Origin: Clostridiales bacterium
GTDB lineage: Bacteria; Bacillota; Clostridia; Caldicoprobacterales; UBA3941
Direction: 5' to 3'
NCBI GenBank assembly: GCA_012518395.1
Contig: JAAYSJ010000191.1
Span: forward strand, 1,550 to 65,549
Length of the DNA stretch: 64,000 nucleotides
Part shown: positions 57,259 through 64,000 of the stretch, in pieces
Numbering within the stretch: position 1 is the stretch's first letter
How the letters are laid out: every line of letters begins with the position of its first letter
The notes under the pieces: generated by a model
Seen by the model: only the letters and a program-made list of their open reading frames with translations
The model's database searches: none
Told to the model about the DNA's origin: nothing
Program-made: the position numbers and the translations under genes

Positions 57259-58005
57259 ATGAAAAGAGTAGTCGAAATATGCTGCGGCGGGTTGGAGGAT
57301 GCGATAATTGCTGAAAAGGCAGGGGCAGACCAGATAGAACTTAATAATGCTACATACCTTGATGGGCTGACACCCTCCCTGGGGACAATTAAAATGGTGC
57401 TCGAACATTGCAGTATACCCGTTATTGCCATGGTAAGACCCCGACCAGGTGGATTTCATTATAACGAATATGAGTTTAAAACCATGTTAGCGGACGTAGA
57501 ATCCATGGTGGATTATGATTTGGATGGGATCGTATTTGGGTGTCTGGATGAAAACGGGGATATAGATAGGGATAAGAACAAGAGACTAATTGATATTATC
57601 CATGCTAATGGCAAAGATGCCGTTTTTCATAAGGCTTTCGATTGTGTCAGAGACCCCTATAAATCTATAGAAATGTTAATCGATTTGGGGGTAAAAAGAA
57701 TACTCACCTGCGGGTTAAAGCCTACAGCTATAGAAGGTATAGATCTATTGGCAGAATTGCAAGATAAATATGGCAAAGAAATAGAAATACTAATCGGCGA
57801 CGGGGTTATGAGCACCGAGGATGTAAAGGTTGTAATTGAAAAGACCGGGGTCCGGCAGTATCATGATATTTGCACGACTTGGCGCAGGGATCCAACTACC
57901 ATCGGAAATGTTTCATTTTCCTATGCACAGCCCCCAAATGAGGAGAGATATAATATTGTCGATTATGATAAGATAGTCGAATTCGTAAAGGCGGTAAAGG
58001 GCTAA
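57259..58005 (+). CDS. cutC: CutC-family copper homeostasis protein
   Basis: MKRVVEICCGGLEDAIIAEKAGADQIELN...GGLTPSLG and MVRPRPGGFHY blocks. ATG at 57259 follows GGAGATGGAAAG. Confidence 0.88.
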   Translation: MKRVVEICCGGLEDAIIAEKAGADQIELNNATYLDGLTPSLGTIKMVLEHCSIPVIAMVRPRPGGFHYNEYEFKTMLADVESMVDYDLDGIVFGCLDENGDIDRDKNKRLIDIIHANGKDAVFHKAFDCVRDPYKSIEMLIDLGVKRILTCGLKPTAIEGIDLLAELQDKYGKEIEILIGDGVMSTEDVKVVIEKTGVRQYHDICTTWRRDPTTIGNVSFSYAQPPNEERYNIVDYDKIVEFVKAVKG

Positions 58006-58022
58006 CGGAACCATTTGATTGT

Positions 58023-58053
58023 CGGGCTCAGTACTATTGACGAACTGAGCCCG
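58023..58053 (+). terminator. Hairpin after cutC
   Basis: CGGGCTCAGT / ACTGAGCCCG 10-bp perfect stem with an 11-nt loop. No clean U-run. Confidence 0.5.
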
Positions 58054-58137
58054 TATAGTATAATTAAACAGTACTTTCGCTTAAGGTACTTGGGGTAAAA
58101 ACTAACTGATTTTGGATAACGTATGGGAGGAATAATT

Positions 58138-58842
58138 ATGAACGTATTAGCCATCGGATGTCATCCTGATGATTTGGAGATTGCCTGCGCGGGCACCCTC
58201 GCGAAATATGTAAAGGGAGGCCATAAGGTATTTGTTTGCCATGTAGCCAATGGAAATATGGGCCATGTTATAATAAAGCCCGACGAACTTGCTGTTATAA
58301 GAGAAAAAGAGGCAGCAAGGGCAGCAGAGGTCATTGGTGCTGAGTATTTTAATATTGGGGTAGGGGATTTTGATCTAAATTCTCATAATGAGGATACCTT
58401 TATGAAGATTGCTGAGGTTATCAGATATGCAAAACCAGATCTGATTATAACCCATAATCCAGAAGACTATATGCAGGATCATATGGAGGTAAGCAAACTG
58501 GTATTCAACGCCAGTTTTGTATCCAGTATACCCCACAAAAAGACAGAGCACGATTCTTATGAGAATATAGTGCCAATTTTTTATATGGATACCGTTGCAG
58601 GGGTCAATTTTCTTCCTACTGAATACGTGGATATCAACGATACAATCGAATTGAAATTAGAGGCCCTAAAATGTCATGAGAGCCAAATAAAATGGATGTA
58701 TGACCATGACGGTATTGATTTTGTAGATTTTGTAAGGACAGTATCGAAGTTCAGGGGTCTGCAGTGCGGGGTACCCTTTGCTGAAGGTTTTAGACAGTGC
58801 CTGGCATGGCCCCGATTGACGACCAAACGGTTGCTGCCCTAG
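58138..58842 (+). CDS. PIG-L/LmbE-family deacetylase (BshB-like)
   Basis: MNVLAIGCHPDDLEIACAG (AHPDD motif) and HxDH-type DYMQDH. ATG at 58138 follows GGGAGGA. Confidence 0.85.
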   Translation: MNVLAIGCHPDDLEIACAGTLAKYVKGGHKVFVCHVANGNMGHVIIKPDELAVIREKEAARAAEVIGAEYFNIGVGDFDLNSHNEDTFMKIAEVIRYAKPDLIITHNPEDYMQDHMEVSKLVFNASFVSSIPHKKTEHDSYENIVPIFYMDTVAGVNFLPTEYVDINDTIELKLEALKCHESQIKWMYDHDGIDFVDFVRTVSKFRGLQCGVPFAEGFRQCLAWPRLTTKRLLP

Positions 58843-58886
58843 TTTTTGCCGTAAAGTGATTATATACTTTTATAAAGGAGAGAAAT

Positions 58887-59900
58887 ATGCGCAACCCTAA
58901 CTTCAATAATTTAGTAAAGGTATTGCAATGCGGTGTACCGGATCGCCCCACGCTTTTTGAATTGTTCCTAAATGATCCCTTGTACATAAGGCTTGCAGGG
59001 CCCAAGATAGCTGCACAAAAAGATAAATTATATGAATTCAGACTGAAGGTTCATGCCTTTAGAAATGCCGGCTATGATTATGCCACAGTTTATGGTTCCG
59101 ATTTTAAATTTCCAGTAGGCGAAACTCATATGAAAAAGACTGTTTCCCTAAATGAAGGCGGTATCATTTCCGATAGGGGGAGTTTTGATAAATATAAGTG
59201 GCCTGACCCGGAAGAATCAGATTATTCAAACCTTGAAGGGATAAAGGACGAGATGCCCGAGGGTATGAAATTAGTCATAATGGGACCGGGAGGCGTATTA
59301 GAAAATGTTATAAACCTGGTAGGCTATGATAATTTATGCTACATGATCTATGAGGATCCAGAACTTGCCGGAGACGTTTTTGGGGCAGTAGGAACCAGGC
59401 TCATAAGCTACTATGAAATATGCAGCAGGTTTGACACTGTTGGGGCATTGGTTTCTAACGACGACTGGGGATTTAATACCCAGACCATGCTATCACCTAA
59501 TGACCTTCGAAAATATGTTTTTCCATGGCATAAAAGGATTGTAGAGGTTATTCATTCTGCCGGGAAACTGGCAATCCTTCACTCTTGCGGCAAACTGGAC
59601 TGTGTTATGGAAGATGTGATAGAGGATATGAAATTTGACGGCAAGCATTCTTTTGAAGATAATATCCTGCCTGTGGAAGAAGCCTACGAAAAATGGGGAG
59701 GCCGTATTGGGATTTTAGGTGGAATCGATCTGGATTTTGTGTGCAGAGCCTCCCATGAGGAAATTAAGGCACGTTCTCTTAAGATGCTAAAAAGAACCGA
59801 GAACCGCGGGGGATATGCCTTGGGCACGGGGAATAGTGTGCCCGATTATGTGCCTGATGATAGTTTCTTTGCCATGACATCTGCGGTATTGCAGGTTTAA
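58887..59900 (+). CDS. Uroporphyrinogen decarboxylase (URO-D) family protein, MtaA/CmuA-like
   Basis: N-terminal ...GVPDRPTLFE, central DDWGFNTQTMLSP and C-terminal GGYALGTGNSVP blocks are typical of URO-D-fold proteins. Confidence 0.75.
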   Translation: MRNPNFNNLVKVLQCGVPDRPTLFELFLNDPLYIRLAGPKIAAQKDKLYEFRLKVHAFRNAGYDYATVYGSDFKFPVGETHMKKTVSLNEGGIISDRGSFDKYKWPDPEESDYSNLEGIKDEMPEGMKLVIMGPGGVLENVINLVGYDNLCYMIYEDPELAGDVFGAVGTRLISYYEICSRFDTVGALVSNDDWGFNTQTMLSPNDLRKYVFPWHKRIVEVIHSAGKLAILHSCGKLDCVMEDVIEDMKFDGKHSFEDNILPVEEAYEKWGGRIGILGGIDLDFVCRASHEEIKARSLKMLKRTENRGGYALGTGNSVPDYVPDDSFFAMTSAVLQV

Positions 59901-60045
59901 GGGGGAAATAGACATAAATCTTGTAAGATGATATCATTATAAGGAGGCTTGTTTGCTATTGGAATGAGCCGCCGGTGTACATAATCTTCACCGGCTATAT
60001 TGAAGCTTATAATATTATTGATTAATTTTATACAGGAGGTAAATA

Positions 60046-62031
60046 ATGAAACAAGTTGAAAAGAATAGTGTAAATACCATCCGTATTCTGTCTGCGGAAA
60101 TGGTAGAAAAGGCAAAGTCCGGGCATCCGGGCATGCCAATGGGTGCAGCTCCCATGTCATATTCTTTGTGGGCCAGGCACTTAAAGTTTAATCCCAAAAA
60201 TCCCAAATGGGCAGATAGGGATCGTTTCATTTTGTCTGCAGGGCATGCATCGGCTCTAAACTATTCACTTCTTCATCTGTTTGGCTTTGATTTGTCCATG
60301 GATGAGATTAAAAGGTTCCGTCAATGGGATAGTAAGACCCCTGGACATCCGGAATATGGACATACTGTAGGGGTAGAAACTACTACAGGCCCATTGGGTC
60401 AGGGTTTTGCAAATGGTGTGGGTATGGCATTGGCCGAAAGTCATTTGGCTGCTAAGTTTAATAAACCCGGTCATGAAGTCGTAGACCACTACACCTATGT
60501 TCTTTCAGGTGATGGTTGCATGATGGAGGGCATAACCTCTGAAGCAGCTTCTTTGGCAGGAACCTTAGGGCTTAACAAGCTTATAGTATTATATGATTCT
60601 AATGCCATAACCATTGAGGGTGATACCAATATCGCCTTTAGAGAAGATGTTGGGAAAAGATTTGAATCCTATGATTGGCAGGTACTGAGGGTAGAGGACG
60701 GAAACGATATTGATGCTATCAGCAAGGCGATCGATGAGGCCAAAGCAGAGAATGGGAAACCCTCTTTAATTATAATAACTACTGAAATAGGATATGGTTC
60801 TCCTGCTAAACAGGGCAAGGCATCAGCTCATGGTGAACCTTTGGGCGCCGAGAATCTAAAGGCCGCCAAAGAATATCTAGGTTGGGAATATGAAGAGGAA
60901 TTCTTTGTGCCTGATGATGTAAAAGAACACATGGCTTCTATCATTCAAAAAGGTGAAGAGGCCGGGAAGGCATGGCAGGATAAATGGGATGCTTATGAGA
61001 AAGAATATCCCGAATTAGCAAAGGAATGGGAATTATGGCATAGTGAAGAATTGCCGATAGATCTTCTAAATGATGAGGAATTTTGGAAGTTTGAGGGCAA
61101 GGATGCTACACGATCCTCATCCGGTAAGGTTATAAACCGTCTGGCAAAGATATTGCCCAATTTAATCGGGGGATCAGCTGACCTAGCACCTTCAAATAAA
61201 ACATTGATGTCTGATAGAAGCAGCTTTTCCAAGGAAAACCGCATAGGATCAAACCTCCATTTTGGTATCCGTGAGCATGCCATGGCAGCTATGGCCAATG
61301 GTATGGTTCTCCATGGCGGGCTTATACCCTATGTAGGTACTTTCTTTGTATTCAGTGATTATATGAAACCGGCAATGAGACTCTCTGCTCTTATGGGTTT
61401 GCCGGTAACATATGTCCTAACCCACGACAGCATTGGCGTAGGGGAGGATGGAGCTACCCACGAGCCTGTTGAACATCTGGCTGCTCTCAGGAGCATTCCA
61501 AACTTTACAGTATTTCGCCCTGCAGATTCCAAAGAAACCGCTGCGGGATGGTATGCAGCTCTTACAAGAAAATGCAGTCCCACAGGCTTGGTTTTAAGCC
61601 GTCAGAACTTACCCCTATATGATGAGACGGGCAAAGATGCCCTAAAGGGTGGATATATCTTACTGGACTCTGAGAAGGAAACTCCCGATATTATATTGAT
61701 GGCTTCCGGTTCCGAGGTAGAGCTTATATATAATGCCCATGGAGTCCTGAAGGAAAAAGGAATTGATGCCAGGGTAGTGAGCATGCCCTCCTTTGAACTA
61801 TTTGAAGAGCAGACGGATGAATACAAAGAAAGCGTACTGCCCAAAGCTGTGAGAGCAAGGCTGGCAGTCGAAGCTGCATCTTCCTTTGGATGGCATAAAT
61901 ATGTTGGCCTTGATGGGGATATAATGGCCTTGGATCACTTCGGCGCTTCGGCTCCTGGGGATCTTTTATTTGAGAAATTTGGATTCACCCTGGATAATGT
62001 AGTTAAAAAGGCAGAAAACCTTGTAAAATAA
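60046..62031 (+). CDS. tkt: Transketolase
   Basis: [25 protein letters not shown] (TPP motif) and [14 protein letters not shown] blocks. 661 aa. Confidence 0.95.
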   Translation: MKQVEKNSVNTIRILSAEMVEKAKSGHPGMPMGAAPMSYSLWARHLKFNPKNPKWADRDRFILSAGHASALNYSLLHLFGFDLSMDEIKRFRQWDSKTPGHPEYGHTVGVETTTGPLGQGFANGVGMALAESHLAAKFNKPGHEVVDHYTYVLSGDGCMMEGITSEAASLAGTLGLNKLIVLYDSNAITIEGDTNIAFREDVGKRFESYDWQVLRVEDGNDIDAISKAIDEAKAENGKPSLIIITTEIGYGSPAKQGKASAHGEPLGAENLKAAKEYLGWEYEEEFFVPDDVKEHMASIIQKGEEAGKAWQDKWDAYEKEYPELAKEWELWHSEELPIDLLNDEEFWKFEGKDATRSSSGKVINRLAKILPNLIGGSADLAPSNKTLMSDRSSFSKENRIGSNLHFGIREHAMAAMANGMVLHGGLIPYVGTFFVFSDYMKPAMRLSALMGLPVTYVLTHDSIGVGEDGATHEPVEHLAALRSIPNFTVFRPADSKETAAGWYAALTRKCSPTGLVLSRQNLPLYDETGKDALKGGYILLDSEKETPDIILMASGSEVELIYNAHGVLKEKGIDARVVSMPSFELFEEQTDEYKESVLPKAVRARLAVEAASSFGWHKYVGLDGDIMALDHFGASAPGDLLFEKFGFTLDNVVKKAENLVK

Positions 62032-62072
62032 TAATAGCCGGTGTATAAACGGCTATGGTTAATAAAGTATTA

Positions 62073-62100
62073 AAAAGCAGCGGGTTTATCCGCTGCTTTT
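62073..62100. terminator. Bidirectional Rho-independent terminator
   Basis: AAAAGCAGCGG-GTTTAT-CCGCTGCTTTT, with an A-run and a T-run flanking an 11-bp stem between convergent genes. Confidence 0.8.
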
Positions 62101-62141
62101 TAGTGCCCGATTATCTCTTTTTAAATCCCGATTATCCTTTT

Positions 62142-63011
62142 TCAAATTCTCAGATATTCATACATTGTTGCTGCACATTGACTGAAATCTTTAGAGCCTT
62201 TGCCGTCTTTCAGGCTGGTACGCAATAAATCCAGAACACCATCTAAGACAAAGGCGGGTACATTATATTCCTCATAAAGCTTTTTGACATAGGTCATATC
62301 CTTTAGACCTAGGCTCAGGGCGAAATCCATCCGATAATCCCTATTAACTATCTTTTTACCATAAAAATCGAACATCCAGTTTCCGAAGGGGCCATCATTC
62401 ATAATTTGAAAAAGATTCTTGGTATCAATACCCATCTTCTCCATAAGGGGGAACATCTGAGCTGCGGTTACAGCGTAGGTAAGTCCGGTGAAATTCATAG
62501 CCAACTTTATAGTATGGGCATTTCCAGCCTCACCTACAAAATCAATCGGGCTTGCGTAGCAAGCTATAAGATCCATGACCTTGTCGATTTCGTCTTTATC
62601 CCCGGATATCATACAAGGAGCATTACCTGCGGCTGTATCAGCAGGTCCGCCTAGTAGGGGCGCATCTATAAATACTCCGCCTTCTTCCTTAAAACGCTCA
62701 TACAATTGTTTTGTGGCCATGGGGTAACTGGTTGACAGATCAATAACGACTTTACCCCTAACTCCATCGTTTAAAAATTCATCCGTTACAGTAGCTACAG
62801 TCTTCGAATCAGGAAGAGAAAGAAATACTATATCGCTGTTTTTAAAAACCTCTAATGATGACTTTGCGATTGTGGCCTTACCTTCAAAGTATTTTCTATT
62901 TTCGAGGGACAAATCATAAACAGTCATTGGGCAGCCGCTTTTTTTAATAAGATTATCACACATACCCCTGCCCATTGCACCGACGCCAATAAAGCCTAAC
63001 TTTTTCATCAA
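62142..63011 (-). CDS. NAD(P)-dependent oxidoreductase, 3-hydroxyisobutyrate/6-phosphogluconate dehydrogenase-like family
   Basis: MMKKLGFIGVGAMGRGM Rossmann motif. 289 aa with the HIBADH-type layout. Confidence 0.88.
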   Translation of the reverse strand: MMKKLGFIGVGAMGRGMCDNLIKKSGCPMTVYDLSLENRKYFEGKATIAKSSLEVFKNSDIVFLSLPDSKTVATVTDEFLNDGVRGKVVIDLSTSYPMATKQLYERFKEEGGVFIDAPLLGGPADTAAGNAPCMISGDKDEIDKVMDLIACYASPIDFVGEAGNAHTIKLAMNFTGLTYAVTAAQMFPLMEKMGIDTKNLFQIMNDGPFGNWMFDFYGKKIVNRDYRMDFALSLGLKDMTYVKKLYEEYNVPAFVLDGVLDLLRTSLKDGKGSKDFSQCAATMYEYLRI

Positions 63012-63361
63012 TTACATCTCCTTGCTTGTGAAATCAATAAGATAATAGGATAAATCCCGGAGATCGTATATAATATTATTTATGTATCCGCCTGTATGTT
63101 TTGCACTAAACACTTTATATTTCCAAGGGCATAATACAAAACATATCCCTTAATCCATATGATACAAAAAATATATTGGTTGAAGAGCAAAATCAGACGA
63201 TCCAACTGATTTTGAAATGATAAGCCTTTTTTTATAACATATCTATTATAAAACGACGATATCACCATAGGCAAGGAAAATTTGTATATATGTCTGTAAA
63301 GGTGTGTCTCTATAGGAATATAAGAAGTTCATTTTAACAGAACCAATTAGAATATCCGATT

Positions 63362-64000
63362 TCATATTTCGGCCAAAGCCCTTCTAGCATATCTGTCGGA
63401 AAGGCGTGTAGTCTCAGGCAGCCGGTAACGGGGTGATAATTTTAAAATTAATTTACGGGTTGTCTCAAGGGAAACGCGATGCCCAGGTGAGACATAAACG
63501 GGGTCAATCTCATTTTGCGTTCTTAACACACTGCCTATAACCTCGTCCCTATCGATAAGGGGAACGAAATCGCCCCTTATCGGACCCACCTGGCTGTGCT
63601 CGCCCGTCAATCTTGTCTTTGCGCAACCTATAGCCGGAATATCAAAGAGTATACCCAGATGGCAAGCTATCCCGAACCGTCGGGGGTGGGCAATGCCATT
63701 TCCATCACAAACAAGTAGATCCGGAGTAATTGTCAATTGTTCCAAAGCATTTATGATGGGGGGCAATTCCCTAAGTGAAAACAAACCAGGTATATATGGA
63801 AATTTTGCAATGTCGTTAATCGTTTTAGTCTCAATAATATCAAGGGTATCTACATCCAGCACTACAGCTGCAGCAGAAACTATATCATCTCTGTTGCGAT
63901 AGGCAACATCCACTCCAACAATGTATTTTAACCTTTCAAATGAATCCTCCCTTATGACTCCCCCAGCAAGGGTCTTCTGGAGGGCAATGACTTCTTTCTT
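63362..64000 (-). CDS. nfi: Endonuclease V (5' end beyond the right edge of the window)
   Basis: GVDVAY..., FPYIPGLFSLRELPPI and CDGNGIAHPRRFGIACHLG blocks. The frame stays open upstream of the track's GTG 'start' at 63913 through position 64000 (KKEVIALQKTLAGGVIREDSFERLKYIVGVDVAY). Confidence 0.88.
   Translation of the reverse strand, partial: KKEVIALQKTLAGGVIREDSFERLKYIVGVDVAYRNRDDIVSAAAVVLDVDTLDIIETKTINDIAKFPYIPGLFSLRELPPIINALEQLTITPDLLVCDGNGIAHPRRFGIACHLGILFDIPAIGCAKTRLTGEHSQVGPIRGDFVPLIDRDEVIGSVLRTQNEIDPVYVSPGHRVSLETTRKLILKLSPRYRLPETTRLSDRYARRALAEI

Noticed and set aside
1-64000. Search for CRISPR arrays, tRNA/rRNA genes, IS elements, integrases, prophage genes and toxin-antitoxin pairs
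   Set aside because: Reading both strands, I saw no regularly spaced repeats, no cloverleaf-like or rRNA-like sequence, no DDE/tyrosine/serine recombinase motifs and no small paired ORFs of TA type.

Overview
This 64-kb segment reads like the chromosome of a Bacillota (Clostridia-type) anaerobe. That is inferred from gene content and Shine-Dalgarno usage; no search was run. Genes are densely packed on both strands. I found no rRNA, tRNA, CRISPR array, transposase or integrase.

Most of the window is housekeeping or accessory metabolism:
- a Crp-family regulator with an FeS ferredoxin and a RIC-like protein
- a P1B metal ATPase with an HMA chaperone and an FNR-like regulator
- a split ChrA pair, an HD-domain dGTPase-like gene and a tandem class II aldolase
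- deoB translationally coupled to gcvT-gcvH-gcvPA-gcvPB
- a THUMP RNA methyltransferase, GTP-PEPCK and a MarR-FtsH pair
- sfsA, an FGGY kinase and a repeat-domain surface protein
- a ykoN/ykoP-like glycosyltransferase-deacetylase trio
- ptb with an orphan ilvN-like gene, and an ECF sigma/anti-sigma pair
- a CDF transporter and a textbook cobalamin riboswitch driving btuFCD-like genes
- a PAP2 phosphatase, an EndoQ-like gene and a ComEC-type MBL with DUF3006
- two PIG-L deacetylases, cutC, tkt and nfi

The stand-out is a compact two-gene insert at 43294-50284. It pairs a 1198-aa PglX/Eco57I-like gamma-class N6-adenine methyltransferase with a 1129-aa protein, starting 4 nt downstream, that fuses a single-HKD phospholipase-D nuclease domain to a complete SNF2 helicase. 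No other BREX, DISARM or Type I/III component is present. The flanks are AT-rich intergenic DNA and the insert's Arg-codon usage looks different by eye. I read it as a self-contained, non-canonical restriction-like defence module.

Secondary observations:
- an orphan promoter, antiterminator and terminator RNA element upstream of the THUMP methyltransferase gene
- gene remnants resembling superoxide reductase, GH18 and GNAT genes
- a 57-nt-period imperfect repeat with alternative hairpins
- an unusual CPG/HEGS P1B-ATPase

All calls come from reading the sequence and ORF translations. No database search or computation was run.
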